Source: Deltaproteobacteria bacterium (GTDB taxonomy: Bacteria > Myxococcota > UBA727 > JABDBI01). Taken from it: DNA of 64,000 nucleotides. Shown in pieces: positions 36,448-46,659 of this stretch (positions are counted from its first letter, which is position 1; each line of letters opens with the position of its first letter). Position numbers and translations under genes: made by a program. Under the pieces are notes generated by a model that saw only the letters and a list, made by a program, of their open reading frames with translations, was not told the DNA's origin and did no database searches. The DNA lies in contig CP066680.1 of NCBI GenBank assembly GCA_016432245.1, positions 174,303 through 238,302 of the forward strand. Direction: 5' to 3'.

Positions 36448-36852
36448 TTAATTCACTGTTATCTTTTTCTTTTTTAAAATATTTTCAATCGGCATATTTA
36501 CTTTTAAAACACCATTAGAATAACTTGCCTTTGTCCCTTCCGAAAGAACTTTTTTAGGCAATGCTATTATCCTCTCAAAATCACCATATACAATCTCCCT
36601 GTGAAAGTAATTCTTGTGTTCATACTCTTTTTTTACCTCTCTCATTCCAGAGATTTTTAGTAATTCACCATCAACCTCTACATCAATTTTTTTTGGATCA
36701 ATACCAGCAATATGCATTTCTGCAATAACCTGATCATTATCCTCATATACATCCACCGCTAAATCAAATCCTAACTTTTTAAAAGAATTATCTCCTAGCC
36801 TTCTAAAAACTTTATCCATTTCTTCAAAAGGCGACCATCTAACTAATGTCAT
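36448..36852 (-). CDS. Small heat-shock protein, Hsp20/alpha-crystallin family
   Basis: Alpha-crystallin domain (DVYEDNDQVIAEMHIAGIDPKKIDVEV...SYSNGVLKVNMP). AGGAGG lies 8 nt upstream of the ATG. Confidence 0.85.
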   Translation of the reverse strand: MTLVRWSPFEEMDKVFRRLGDNSFKKLGFDLAVDVYEDNDQVIAEMHIAGIDPKKIDVEVDGELLKISGMREVKKEYEHKNYFHREIVYGDFERIIALPKKVLSEGTKASYSNGVLKVNMPIENILKKKKITVN

Positions 36853-36873
36853 AAAATTTACCTCCTATTAATG

Positions 36874-36901
36874 AATGTATGCACGATTCACCTATTGTCA
36901 A
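36874..36901 (-). promoter_or_regulatory. Candidate promoter of the hsp20 gene
   Basis: The minus strand reads TTGACA (36901..36896), 16-nt spacer, TACATT (36879..36874). The predicted start is just upstream of the AGGAGG. Confidence 0.4.
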
Positions 36902-36956
36902 GTAAACTTTTTATACCAATCAAGACATATCAATAAAGAAAATCCACTACTTTTAC

Positions 36957-37030
36957 CGCTCTCAATAGGATTCGAACCTATGACCCTTGGTTTAGGAAAC
37001 CAATGCTCTATCCATCTGAGCTATGAGAGC
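36957..37030 (-). tRNA. tRNA-Arg (anticodon CCT)
   Basis: GCTCTCA acceptor stem, anticodon arm TTGGT-TTCCTAA-ACCAA, T arm ATAGG-TTCGAAT-CCTAT. Lies directly downstream of serS. Confidence 0.85.
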
Positions 37031-37061
37031 GCAATGCTTTTAGCTTTTACATTAATTCTTC

Positions 37062-38306
37062 TTATTTTATCTCCATTATACCTTTCATATAGGGCTGTAA
37101 TACCATTGGAATATTAACTGTTCCTTGTCTGGTTTGATTATTTTCTAATATAGCTGCAAAAATTCTGCCTAATGGTAATCCAGAACCATTTAATGTTGTT
37201 ACAAATTTCTTCTTTCCATACTTATCTCTATAACGAATTTTAGATCTACTTGCTTGAAATGTTCCAAAATCACTACACGAACTAACTTCTCTATATTTAT
37301 TTTGACTTGGAAACCAAACCTCTAAATCATAAGTCTTACTTGCTGAAAAGCCAGTGTCACCTGTACATAAAAACATTAAACGATGCGGCAAGCCCAAATT
37401 TGATAAAATCTTACTAACTCTAATAACCATTAAATTAAATTCCTTTTCAGCATCTTCTTCTTTACAAAATCTTACCAATTCAACTTTTTCAAATTGATGA
37501 AGCCGAATTAACCCATTAGAATCTCTACCAGAGGCTCCTGCTTCTGCACGAAAACAAGAAGAGTATGCGCAATAACGTATTGGATTTTCCACATCAACAA
37601 TTTCATTTAGATGATAATTTGTTACAGGCACTTCCGCTGTTGGAATTAAATATAGCTCTCGAGCATTATCTTCTATAACAACCTTAAATATATCCTTATT
37701 AAATTTAGGAAGTTGCCCCGTGCCATATAATGCATTTGATTTCACCAAATAAGGCGGAAAGATTTCTATATCTCCTTGCGAAATATGAAAATCACAGAAG
37801 TACTGATAAAGTGCCCTATAAAGCAGTACTCCTATTTTTTTAAAAAAAACAAATCTCGGTCCTGAGATCTCAGATGATTTTTTAAAATCTAAAATATCTA
37901 GCAAATTTCCTATTTCTTCATGCGTTTTTGGAATAAAATTAAAATATGTCTTTTGTCCCACAACACATATCTTAATATTTTCCAAGCTTGATTGTCCATG
38001 TGGAACATCTGACTTTAATACATTTGGAATATTGAAAAATAATTTTTCTAATTCTTTCTCTATTTCACTTAAATCATTTTTTTTCAACTTAATATCATTA
38101 GATAACGCTTTTAACACCTTTCTATCTTTTCCACTTCCATGGCTCGAATCTTTATTTAACTGACATTGCATCTGATTTAATAAAAAAATATTTTTTTTTT
38201 TTTTTTGAATCAAATCCCGTATTTTTTCAGAATCTAAAGAATTATCATTCCTTAATTGCAATGATTCTAGCATTTTCTCTATTTCCTTAAAACTTATCAT
38301 AGCCAT
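37062..38306 (-). CDS. serS: Seryl-tRNA synthetase
   Basis: N-terminal coiled-coil arm, motif 2 FRAEAGASGRDSNGLIRLHQFEKVE, motif 3 GSGLPLGRIFAAILE. Confidence 0.95.
   Translation of the reverse strand: MAMISFKEIEKMLESLQLRNDNSLDSEKIRDLIQKKKKNIFLLNQMQCQLNKDSSHGSGKDRKVLKALSNDIKLKKNDLSEIEKELEKLFFNIPNVLKSDVPHGQSSLENIKICVVGQKTYFNFIPKTHEEIGNLLDILDFKKSSEISGPRFVFFKKIGVLLYRALYQYFCDFHISQGDIEIFPPYLVKSNALYGTGQLPKFNKDIFKVVIEDNARELYLIPTAEVPVTNYHLNEIVDVENPIRYCAYSSCFRAEAGASGRDSNGLIRLHQFEKVELVRFCKEEDAEKEFNLMVIRVSKILSNLGLPHRLMFLCTGDTGFSASKTYDLEVWFPSQNKYREVSSCSDFGTFQASRSKIRYRDKYGKKKFVTTLNGSGLPLGRIFAAILENNQTRQGTVNIPMVLQPYMKGIMEIK
38191..38206 (-). repeat. A16 homopolymer (T16 on the + strand) inside serS
   Basis: The coding strand reads CAA AAA AAA AAA AAA AAT (QKKKKN). 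It is in frame as given. Confidence 0.95.
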
Positions 38307-38330
38307 CCTTATTTATGAAATACGCCACAC

Positions 38331-39626
38331 TCATATAGATCTTTCAAACAGATTTATTTTTACTGGACAATTCATAGAAAAAAAATTATCTTGAATTTTT
38401 TTTTCTAAATATTTTCGATAAGAAGCCAATATTCCTAACCTTACATTAGTCATGAAAAAAAAAGTTGGAGGTGAAACTGAAACTTGCGATCCATAATAAA
38501 TTTTAACACGCCTTCCTTTATATAATGGTATAGGGTTCTGCGTAACCATCTTTTGTATTAACTTATTTAAAGAAGATGTAGGCACCCTGGTCATATATTG
38601 ATTATATACTTCAAGTAAATTTTCTAACACATTTTCAATTCCCTCCCCTGTCTTCGCCGATATAAAAAAACATGAAATACCTTTAAGGAAACCCATCTTT
38701 AAATACAGCAGCGAAAGAAAATTTTGTTTATCTATTTTTTTTTTCACAAGATCCCATTTATTTACAATAACAATCATCATTTTACTTAATTTTTTAACAT
38801 GCGACACAATCTTTATATCCTGTTCTGTAATTGGAACATTTGCATCAATTAAAATCATAATAACAGTTGATGTATGTATCACTTTAAATGTATCATATAT
38901 TGCTTCTTGTTCAAAATCCTTAGCTACACGTTTTTTCCGAATCCCTGCTGTGTCAAAAAATCGTAACCTTTTACCTTTATACTGTGCATCAATCATTACC
39001 GAATCTATTGTCGTACCTGGCTTGTGATAAACCAATTGCTTATCATATCCAAGTATGCAATTTAAAAAACTAGATTTGCCGACATTTGGCCTCCCTACCA
39101 ACGCAATATTTATACCCTTTATTTTATTGTCATCCAACATTTCTACATTAATACGTTTTACATATGCATCATAGATCTTTTGAAAAACATTATCAAGCCC
39201 TTGGTATGAAAAAGAAGAAACATAGAACACATTCTCCAAATTCCACCCTTCTGCAGGAACTTTGCACTCATTCTTGCTCAAAACAAGCGTTAATGTTTTA
39301 TTATACAATTTTGAAGCATAGATAAAATTTTGTTTTGAAAATTCAATCCTATCTACAACATACAATATTAAATCTGCTCCGTTTGCTACCTTAACTATTT
39401 TCTCAATATTAATTCTTGAAAAATCTATTGTCAGATCAGTTGAAATTCCTGGAGTGTCAATAATTGTCCATTTACAATCTTTATATTTAATTTCACCGTA
39501 AACGAAATCTCTCGTTAACCCTGGAATATTGTTAACGAGATTATCTCCCCCCTTACCAACACACCTATTAAATATCGAACTTTTTCCTGTATTTAAGTTT
39601 CCCAATACACATATAGAAAACCCCAT
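38331..39626 (-). CDS. der: Ribosome-associated GTPase Der/EngA
   Basis: Two tandem G domains (GNLNTGKSS...DTPG and GRPNVGKSS...DTAG) plus a KH-like C-terminus. Confidence 0.9.
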   Translation of the reverse strand: MGFSICVLGNLNTGKSSIFNRCVGKGGDNLVNNIPGLTRDFVYGEIKYKDCKWTIIDTPGISTDLTIDFSRINIEKIVKVANGADLILYVVDRIEFSKQNFIYASKLYNKTLTLVLSKNECKVPAEGWNLENVFYVSSFSYQGLDNVFQKIYDAYVKRINVEMLDDNKIKGINIALVGRPNVGKSSFLNCILGYDKQLVYHKPGTTIDSVMIDAQYKGKRLRFFDTAGIRKKRVAKDFEQEAIYDTFKVIHTSTVIMILIDANVPITEQDIKIVSHVKKLSKMMIVIVNKWDLVKKKIDKQNFLSLLYLKMGFLKGISCFFISAKTGEGIENVLENLLEVYNQYMTRVPTSSLNKLIQKMVTQNPIPLYKGRRVKIYYGSQVSVSPPTFFFMTNVRLGILASYRKYLEKKIQDNFFSMNCPVKINLFERSI

Positions 39627-39636
39627 TTAATATCTC

Positions 39637-41721
39637 CTAAAAATTTTCCTCAAAAATCTTCTTCAAAAACCTCATGTCATCAGGTTTTTCTTCAATATTT
39701 CTATCTGATGAGTTATGTAAATCATTAAATAAAAACTCTTTCAATAATGCATTTTTATCATTATCATGATAATTAAAAACTTCAATCTCATCCTCAAATA
39801 CGACTGCTCTTTCTGAATATCCCCCTTTTTCTATTCGTTCCATTTCAAGATCTTCAAGAGTTTTCAACTTAAAATAAGGTTTATCCTTTTTTAGAGATTT
39901 GCCTTCCAATAAAATTTCCACATCAATTCCGTCTAACGTTTCATATTCAACTAAAGCAGTTGCAACTTTTTCAAGTTGCTTCATATGTTGTTCTAAAATA
40001 TCCTTTGCCCTATAATACTGCTCTAAAATAATTAGTTTAACTTCTTTATCTATCTCTTGTGCAGTCAGCTCGGAATATGCTGACTTTTGAAATACACTTT
40101 TCCCTAAAAGAATTTCTTCCTTTGTTCCATAGTATAATGGCCCCATTGTGGACATTCCCCAATCGCATACCATAGAATGAGCGAGATCTGTTGCTTTTTG
40201 AAAGTCATTTCCAGCCCCACTTGTAATTTCTCCAAAAACCAATTCTTCTGCAATCCTCCCTCCCATCATTATTGCAATTTGGTTTTCAGAGTATGTTTTA
40301 CTAATTGAGTATCTATCTTGAGTGGGCAACTGCATTGTCAATCCCAACGCCTGCCCTCTTGGAATAATTGTAACTTTATGAACTGGGTCAACATCGTGGC
40401 CAATTAAAATAGATACAATGGCATGGCCTGCCTCATGATATGCTGTGTTTTCAATCTCTTGCCGTGACATAATTAAGCTTCGCCGTTCGGTTCCCATTAT
40501 TATTTTTTCACGAGCAGCCTCAAAATTTTGCATATTCACAATCTCTTGATTTTTCTGAGCAGCAATTAAAGCTGCTTCATTTACAAGATTTTTAATATCG
40601 GCTCCACTCATACCAGGAGTTGATCGTGCTAAAATTTCAAGATTAACATCCTTATCTAAAGGCACATTTTTCGTATGTATTTTAAAAATTGACTCTCGCC
40701 CATTTAAGTCTGGTCTAGGCACTATAATTCGCCTATCAAAACGCCCCGGTCTTAATATTGCAGGATCTAATACATCTGGCCGATTAGTTGCTGCTATAAT
40801 TATTATGCCTTCATTTGATATAAAACCGTCCATTTCAACTAGTAATTGATTTAAGGTTTGTTCTCTTTCATCATTGCCACCCATACCCGAGCCAGCTCCC
40901 CTGCTTCTTCCAACCGCATCAATTTCATCTATAAAAATAATGCAAGGCGCATATTCCTTGCCTTGCTCAAATAAATCTCTAACCCGACTCGCTCCAACAC
41001 CAACAAACATCTCTACAAAATCTGAACCTGCAACACTAAAAAAAGGTACCCCTGCCTCTCCCGCAATGGCTTTAGCCAATAAAGTCTTCCCAGTCCCTGG
41101 CGCTCCCATTAATAAAACTCCTTTTGGAATTTCTGCGCCTAACCTTGTATATCTCTCTGGGTCCTTAAGAAAGCTAACAATCTCTTGCAATTCCTGTTTG
41201 CACTCATCTATACCTGCAACATCTTTAAAGGTATACCCTGATTCATAATCAACAAGAACACGTGATCTATTTTTTCCGAATGAAAATCCTTTTCCATCCG
41301 CTTTAGACTGTTTAACCCATATGAAAAATATTCCAAAAAAAACAAGTAAAGAAACCCATTGAAAAATGTATTGACTTTTTCCTACAGGATCCTCTGGTGC
41401 AAACTGATATTTCGTTTTGAAAAACTCATGTGCATTATTCAATATAGGATACCAAACACTGACTCTTTCTCCTATCGTATAAAAACGTGTTCCATCTTGC
41501 AGCTCGCCAAAGTATTCCCTGCCTTTAATTGTCAAATTCTTTACCTGACCTTCATTTAAAGCAGTCACTACATCTGAAAATGCCTTTTCCTGAACAGGAT
41601 TGTTATAATCTCCAAAGAATTGAAATAATATCGCACATGTAATCCCTATAAAAATCCACTTTACTAATAAGGTAGTATTATATATACGAAGTTTATTTTT
41701 ATTTTTATTTCTATTTCTCAC
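39637..41721 (-). CDS. ftsH: ATP-dependent zinc metalloprotease FtsH
   Basis: Walker A GAPGTGKT, Walker [12 protein letters not shown] region, HEAGHA zinc site and two N-terminal TM helices. Has a C-terminal extension of about 70 aa. Confidence 0.97.
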   Translation of the reverse strand: MRNRNKNKNKLRIYNTTLLVKWIFIGITCAILFQFFGDYNNPVQEKAFSDVVTALNEGQVKNLTIKGREYFGELQDGTRFYTIGERVSVWYPILNNAHEFFKTKYQFAPEDPVGKSQYIFQWVSLLVFFGIFFIWVKQSKADGKGFSFGKNRSRVLVDYESGYTFKDVAGIDECKQELQEIVSFLKDPERYTRLGAEIPKGVLLMGAPGTGKTLLAKAIAGEAGVPFFSVAGSDFVEMFVGVGASRVRDLFEQGKEYAPCIIFIDEIDAVGRSRGAGSGMGGNDEREQTLNQLLVEMDGFISNEGIIIIAATNRPDVLDPAILRPGRFDRRIIVPRPDLNGRESIFKIHTKNVPLDKDVNLEILARSTPGMSGADIKNLVNEAALIAAQKNQEIVNMQNFEAAREKIIMGTERRSLIMSRQEIENTAYHEAGHAIVSILIGHDVDPVHKVTIIPRGQALGLTMQLPTQDRYSISKTYSENQIAIMMGGRIAEELVFGEITSGAGNDFQKATDLAHSMVCDWGMSTMGPLYYGTKEEILLGKSVFQKSAYSELTAQEIDKEVKLIILEQYYRAKDILEQHMKQLEKVATALVEYETLDGIDVEILLEGKSLKKDKPYFKLKTLEDLEMERIEKGGYSERAVVFEDEIEVFNYHDNDKNALLKEFLFNDLHNSSDRNIEEKPDDMRFLKKIFEENF

Positions 41722-41821
41722 ATTTATGTTTTTACCATAAACTTTATATTATGTAAATATTCTATACTATATTTTTTATTCAATACTTCCACCTAATAAA
41801 AATAAATGATATGAAAACTCA

Positions 41822-42487
41822 ATGAAATCAAAATTGTCTGTAATATGCACTCCAATTGGAAATTTACAAGATTTATCGAACCGTGCTATCGATGTTTTAA
41901 AAAAATCAGAAATCATTTTTTCAGAGTCCCAAAAACTAGTTAAAATATTAATAAAAGAAGCAATAATAGAAACAACTAAAACAATTATATCTTGCTCCTG
42001 CTCAAAAGAAAAACAAAATGTAAATTTACTGCTACAGGCTCTTTCTTCAAAGATGCAAACATGTTTAATATCTGACGCCGGCGCTCCAACTATTAACGAT
42101 CCAGGATCTATCTTAATTAAAGAAACCTTAAAAGCCGGTCATCTTGTAGAAGTTATTCCAGGTCCAAATGCAATCATTACTTCAATTATAGGCTCTGGTT
42201 TAACAATCTCTCGCTTTAGTTTTTTAGGATTTCTACCTAAAAAAGGACTTTATCGAACTCAATTGATATTACATTCATATAAGCTTGGGTTATCCTTAAT
42301 CATTTTCGAATCACCAAAACGCATATTCAATACTTTAAAAGAATTATACATTCTTCTTGGTCCTAGAAAAATTGTAATAGCTAGAGAACTAACAAAATAC
42401 TTTGAAACTTATCATCGTGGTATTCTTGGCTCGGTTTTCTCCCCTCCACTATTATCCAAAGGTGAATTAACTATTATTGTTGAATAA
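41822..42487 (+). CDS. rsmI: 16S rRNA 2'-O-methyltransferase RsmI (short)
   Basis: LSVICTPIGNLQDLSNRAIDVLK...IFSE and GPNAIITS blocks. It ends right after GELTIIVE, so the usual C-terminal ~50 aa are absent. Confidence 0.8.
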   Translation: MKSKLSVICTPIGNLQDLSNRAIDVLKKSEIIFSESQKLVKILIKEAIIETTKTIISCSCSKEKQNVNLLLQALSSKMQTCLISDAGAPTINDPGSILIKETLKAGHLVEVIPGPNAIITSIIGSGLTISRFSFLGFLPKKGLYRTQLILHSYKLGLSLIIFESPKRIFNTLKELYILLGPRKIVIARELTKYFETYHRGILGSVFSPPLLSKGELTIIVE

Positions 42488-42528
42488 ATTGTGAATACAA
42501 AATCCACAGTGTTAACTACAGTGCCAAA

Positions 42529-42834
42529 TTACCAACTAGCTTTTACTACCCCTGGTAAAAGACCTTGAAGAGCCATTTGCCTAAATGTTATTCTATTTAA
42601 CCTAAATTTTCGATAAACTGACCTTGTATTGCCTGTAACTTGACATCGAACAGATTGCCTTACAGGTGAAGAACTTCGAGAAAGCCGATTTAACTGTATT
42701 CCCGCTTGAAACTTTTCCAAACGATCTCTACTCGAATCTTTTTGGATTTTTTTTAAAGCATTTCGCTTACTCCAATCTCTTTTCGACAATCTTAATTTTT
42801 TTGCTTCTCTAGCAATTTGACATGCTTTCGCCAT
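42529..42834 (-). CDS. rpsN: 30S ribosomal protein S14 (long type, no zinc-binding Cys motif)
   Basis: 101 aa. C-terminal RKFRLNRITFRQMALQGLLPGVVKASW is the S14 signature. Confidence 0.9.
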   Translation of the reverse strand: MAKACQIAREAKKLRLSKRDWSKRNALKKIQKDSSRDRLEKFQAGIQLNRLSRSSSPVRQSVRCQVTGNTRSVYRKFRLNRITFRQMALQGLLPGVVKASW

Positions 42835-42877
42835 AACCTTAATATATATTATTCTTTTAAAAATTTCAATATAAATT

Positions 42878-42906
42878 TTGACTCTTTTAGATTTTATCCC
42901 TATAAT
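42878..42906 (+). promoter_or_regulatory. Near-consensus sigma70 promoter for the tRNA-Pro/tRNA-Arg pair
   Basis: TTGACT (42878..42883), exactly 17-nt spacer, TATAAT (42901..42906). tRNA-Pro starts at 42933. Confidence 0.6.
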
Positions 42907-42932
42907 ATGAAAAATATTAACATTTATAAAAA

Positions 42933-43006
<74 letters not shown>

Positions 43007-43019
43007 TTTTGGTTTCCAT

Positions 43020-43093
43020 GCGCTCTTAGCTCAGTTGGATAGAGCATCGGCCTTCTAAGCCGAGGGTCACACGTTCAAATCGTGTAGAGCGCG
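43020..43093 (+). tRNA. tRNA-Arg (anticodon TCT)
   Basis: GCGCTCT acceptor stem, anticodon arm TCGGC-CTTCTAA-GCCGA, T arm ACACG-TTCAAAT-CGTGT. Confidence 0.9.
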
Positions 43094-43109
43094 CGAAAAA
43101 AATGAAACC

Positions 43110-43193
43110 CGGAGAAGGTGAGATTCGAACTCACGATAGATTTCCTACGCTGGATTTCAAATCCAGTGCCTTCAACCACTCGGCCACTTCTCC
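43110..43193 (-). tRNA. tRNA-Ser (anticodon TGA)
   Basis: GGAGAAG acceptor stem, anticodon arm CTGGA-TTTGAAA-TCCAG, long variable arm, T arm GTGAG-TTCGAAT-CTCAC. Confidence 0.9.
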
Positions 43194-43403
43194 ACTTAAT
43201 CACATCAAATATCTTTATCTTTATAAAAAATAACATATTTAAACATTTTTTCAACTAAACTAAAAATATTTTAAATTAATTCTATTTCATTGTCAAATAC
43301 AACCTAATGTAAGGCAATAATCAACTGTGAAAAAAAATACAGAAAAAGTTTTATTGAAGTGTCCATCTTTTTGCTTTATTGATTATAAAAGAGAAATTCG
43401 AAA

Positions 43404-43667
43404 ATGCATTATCAAATTAAGCAATCAATAATTACAAAGCTACAATCACATCCTTTGGATACTGGATCTCCAGAAGTTCAAATTGGATTATTATCTTCTC
43501 AGATTACTATTCTTGCCACTCACTTTAAATATCACCCAAAAGATCATCACTCAAGGCGTGGTTTGTTAAAAATGCTATCCAGAAGACGTTCTTTGCTAAA
43601 ATACTTAAGCTCTACAAATCTCGATCGTTATTTTATTATTCTCAGTAAATTAGGGTTACGTAAGTAA
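43404..43667 (+). CDS. rpsO: 30S ribosomal protein S15
   Basis: [16 protein letters not shown]...[29 protein letters not shown]. Confidence 0.95.
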   Translation: MHYQIKQSIITKLQSHPLDTGSPEVQIGLLSSQITILATHFKYHPKDHHSRRGLLKMLSRRRSLLKYLSSTNLDRYFIILSKLGLRK

Positions 43668-43669
43668 GT

Positions 43670-45559
43670 ATGAAAATTTTACCTTCACAGTTTTTGCTTG
43701 AAATTCCAATCGGAAATTCCTTTATTAAATTTGAAATTGGAAAAATAGCTAGACATGCATATTCATCTATTTGGGTATCCTGGGGTGATTCAATTGTTCT
43801 TGTCACAATCTGTCTTAATGAAACTTCAAAATTAGAGGATTTTTTACAATTATCTTGTGACTATATTGAAAAATCATACTCAACCGGTCGCATTCCTGGT
43901 GGATTCTTAAAGAGAGAATCTAAATCAAAAGACAATGAAATTCTCTACTCTAGAATTATTGATCGTTCAATTCGACCGCTTTTCCCAAAAAATTTAAATA
44001 AAGAAATTCAAATTATTTCAACTGTCTTATCTCATGATAGTATACATGATACCGAAATAATGTCACTCTGCGGTGTTTCCGTTTTGCTATCAGCTTATCC
44101 ATTTCCATTTTTCATTGAACCGACTTGCTTTACTGGCATGAAAATAGCAAGATTAAATCAAAATTTTATAGCATTCCCTACTTTGGCAGAAAAAAATAAA
44201 AGTGATTTAAACTTCTCAATTTCTTTATCTAAAAATAATTTTATCATGATTGAAGGATTTTGTGACAATCTTCCCCATTTTGAAATCTTAAAAGCTTTAA
44301 AATTTGCTCAAAAAAATAGCTTTTTATTCTTACGCGCAAATAACATCCTTAAATCTAAGTTATCTAAATCTAAACTGTTTAAATCTAAAAATCGCATGCT
44401 AACTCAAAATACTTATGTCAGTTTCGCCAATTTTAAAAGAATTGCTAAAGCATTTATACAGTTAGATTTTTATAAAATTTTGAAGATCAAAAATAAAAAG
44501 AAAAGAACTTTCTACACAACTCAATTAAAATCGATTATTATTAATTCCTTCTCAAGTACTCTTTCCAATTCTGAAATTTTATCTCTATTCAGCGAAATAA
44601 AATCAATTTATATCAGAAAATACATTATAAAATCTAAAAAACGCCTTGATGGAAGATCATATAAATCAATTAGGCCAATCTCTTACCAGTTAAACATCCT
44701 CCCTAGAACGCACGGATCTGCCATTTTTACCAGAGGAGATACGCAAGCTATTGTATCTGTAACCTTAGGATCTAAAACAGATGAGCAAACTATAGAATCT
44801 CTTCACAATGAATCTAGCAAAAAATTCATGCTTCATTACAACTTTCCTCCATATACTGTCGGCGAAGTAAAAATGCTGAGGGGAACCTCAAGAAGAGAAA
44901 TCGGTCATGGGTATCTTGCAGAGCGAGCTTTGGAAAAATCCATCCAATTCCAACGAATTCCATATACCATCCGTATTGTTTCTGAAATAACAGAATCAAA
45001 TGGTTCTTCTTCTATGGCCTCTGTCTGTGGGGCTTTTCTAGCTCTTTTAAGCTCTGGGATTCCTCTGTCTTTTCCTGTAGTTGGTATCGCCATGGGTATG
45101 ATAAAAAAGACGCATAAAAGCATTGTTTTAAGTGATATTTCTGGAGAAGAAGATCATATTGGAGATATTGACTTTAAAGTTTGTGGATCATCTACTGGAA
45201 TAACCGCGATCCAATTAGACATAAAAACAAGTGGGATTTCTTTTAAAGAAATCACTCAAATATTGCACCAAGCCAAAGATGGGCATACGCACATCTTGAA
45301 TCTTTTAAAAAAAGAAGGGAATGAAAAAAATCATCTCTCAAAATATGCACCACAAACTCTTTCTTTAAAAATTCCAATTGAAAAAATTAGAGAAATTATA
45401 GGTCCCGGCGGTCGCACTATTCGAGACTTATCTTCATTAAATAACGTTAAAGTTGATGTTTCTGACACCGGATCTATTCTAATTACAGGTCAAGGTGATA
45501 CCAATATTCAATCCTCTTTCAAGCAAATGAAACAAATTATAGAAAATACTTCAAGTTAA
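43670..45559 (+). CDS. pnp: Polynucleotide phosphorylase lacking the C-terminal S1 domain
   Basis: Two RNase PH domains (GDTQAIVSVTLG, ITESNGSSSMASVCG, GEEDHIGDIDFKV) and a KH domain (IGPGGRTIRDL). The ORF stops about 40 aa after the KH domain, at 629 aa. Confidence 0.9.
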   Translation: MKILPSQFLLEIPIGNSFIKFEIGKIARHAYSSIWVSWGDSIVLVTICLNETSKLEDFLQLSCDYIEKSYSTGRIPGGFLKRESKSKDNEILYSRIIDRSIRPLFPKNLNKEIQIISTVLSHDSIHDTEIMSLCGVSVLLSAYPFPFFIEPTCFTGMKIARLNQNFIAFPTLAEKNKSDLNFSISLSKNNFIMIEGFCDNLPHFEILKALKFAQKNSFLFLRANNILKSKLSKSKLFKSKNRMLTQNTYVSFANFKRIAKAFIQLDFYKILKIKNKKKRTFYTTQLKSIIINSFSSTLSNSEILSLFSEIKSIYIRKYIIKSKKRLDGRSYKSIRPISYQLNILPRTHGSAIFTRGDTQAIVSVTLGSKTDEQTIESLHNESSKKFMLHYNFPPYTVGEVKMLRGTSRREIGHGYLAERALEKSIQFQRIPYTIRIVSEITESNGSSSMASVCGAFLALLSSGIPLSFPVVGIAMGMIKKTHKSIVLSDISGEEDHIGDIDFKVCGSSTGITAIQLDIKTSGISFKEITQILHQAKDGHTHILNLLKKEGNEKNHLSKYAPQTLSLKIPIEKIREIIGPGGRTIRDLSSLNNVKVDVSDTGSILITGQGDTNIQSSFKQMKQIIENTSS

Positions 45560-45563
45560 ATCT

Positions 45564-46598
45564 TTAACTTTTAATTAACCTAGTACCAATTCTATACATT
45601 ACACCAATTGCCCAACAAGTTACAATAAAACTACTTCCCCCATAGCTTAATAGAGGCAACGTTAGTCCCTTTGTGGGCAAACTTCCAGAAACGACACATA
45701 TATTAAAGAAAATTTGAATCCCAAGTAATAAATTTATCCCAACTAATAAATAAAAACTTAAATAATCTACAGATTTACTTGCAATACAAAATCCAGCTCC
45801 TAAAATTATCATATATAAAATTAAAACACTTACGATTCCAAATATTCCAAAATATTCTGACAACACAGCAAATACAAAGTCTGTATGTGCAGCCGGTAAA
45901 AAATTTAAATCAAAAAAAATATACTCACCTCTTTGTCCGAATAATCCGCTTGACCCAAGCAATATTATGCTCTGTATTATTTGATATCCACTAGAATATC
46001 TATATTCCCATGGATCAAGTGAGGTCAATAATCTAGCCATCCGATAAGAGCTAGTTGCAATACTATGTAAAAATATAAAGATTGCTACACTTGCAAGCAT
46101 AATAAGATATCTCATTCGTATATGCGAAGCATATAACATAAAGAACGTAATTAAGAATAATATCACCATAGTACCAAAATCAGGTTCAATAAGTAATAAT
46201 CCAGCACTAATCATTAAAAAAACGATTGGCTCAAGTAAACCCTGACGAAAAGAATTCATGGATTCCCTGTGTTCCATGAGTTGCATACTAAGGTAACAAA
46301 TTAAAGATATTTTTAACATCTCCCCTGGCTGAAACCTTAAAAAAGCAGATCCAAACCATCGACTTGCTCCTCCTGCCGAAATTCCAAACCCAGGTATATG
46401 AATTAACCCTAGTACAATCAAGTTTAATACTAAAAAACACCTTGCATACCTGCAGTATATTGCAGGATTACTTTTAACAGACAATAAAAAAACTACAATT
46501 CCCCAACTCAAGTGATATAACTGTGATTTAAAGTAATATAAACTAGTTCCATATTGAGCATAAGATAACCATGTTGTACTTGCATAGATTATCATCAA
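45564..46598 (-). CDS. ftsW: Peptidoglycan glycosyltransferase FtsW (SEDS family); N-terminus uncertain
   Basis: PAAHTDFVFA and LPTKGLTLPLLSYGGSS SEDS signatures. Follows murD. The tracked start lacks TM helix 1, and the same frame continues upstream past a single TGA (see findings). Confidence 0.85.
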   Translation of the reverse strand: MMIIYASTTWLSYAQYGTSLYYFKSQLYHLSWGIVVFLLSVKSNPAIYCRYARCFLVLNLIVLGLIHIPGFGISAGGASRWFGSAFLRFQPGEMLKISLICYLSMQLMEHRESMNSFRQGLLEPIVFLMISAGLLLIEPDFGTMVILFLITFFMLYASHIRMRYLIMLASVAIFIFLHSIATSSYRMARLLTSLDPWEYRYSSGYQIIQSIILLGSSGLFGQRGEYIFFDLNFLPAAHTDFVFAVLSEYFGIFGIVSVLILYMIILGAGFCIASKSVDYLSFYLLVGINLLLGIQIFFNICVVSGSLPTKGLTLPLLSYGGSSFIVTCWAIGVMYRIGTRLIKS

Positions 46599-46646
46599 AC
46601 TTAAAGTTGAAAGTGCTCAAAACGAAAGCATCAAACTTGAAAGCGC
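46593..46646 (-). repeat. Imperfect direct repeat at the ftsW 5' end
   Basis: On the coding strand, GCGCTTTCA-AGTTTGATG (46646..46629) and GCACTTTCAACTTTAAGTTTGATG (46616..46593). They encode ALSSLM and ALSTLSLM, and an in-frame TGA (46619..46617) lies between them. Confidence 0.7.
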
Positions 46647-46659
46647 AAAAGAAACCATA

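Noticed and set aside
36875-37117. 80-aa ORF spanning the tRNA-Arg(CCT) locus (similarly 56253..56453 over tRNA-Thr and 23653..23859 over tRNA-Glu).
   Set aside because: They read through tRNA genes in antisense. The GC-rich tRNA sequence simply lacks stop codons.
40874-41248. 124-aa + strand ORF antisense to the ftsH AAA domain (also 9375..9743, 9329..9580, 12935..13321, 14069..14422, 960..1280, 3328..3606 and the other short track ORFs inside larger genes).
   Set aside because: These are shadow ORFs on the opposite strand or in an alternate frame of strongly supported genes. They are low-complexity, Pro/Ser/Leu/Phe-rich products with no start context and no recognisable motifs.
46617-46619. 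Possibility that the genome uses TGA as Trp (code 4) or Sec, which would explain the ftsW in-frame TGA.
   Set aside because: TGA terminates rpoC (1241..1239), rplT (15969..15967) and asnS (17378..17376) at family-typical C-termini. Very long genes (rpoB, rpoC, ftsH) are uninterrupted under the standard code. I saw no hairpin that looks like a SECIS element directly downstream, and the context is a hydrophobic TM helix.
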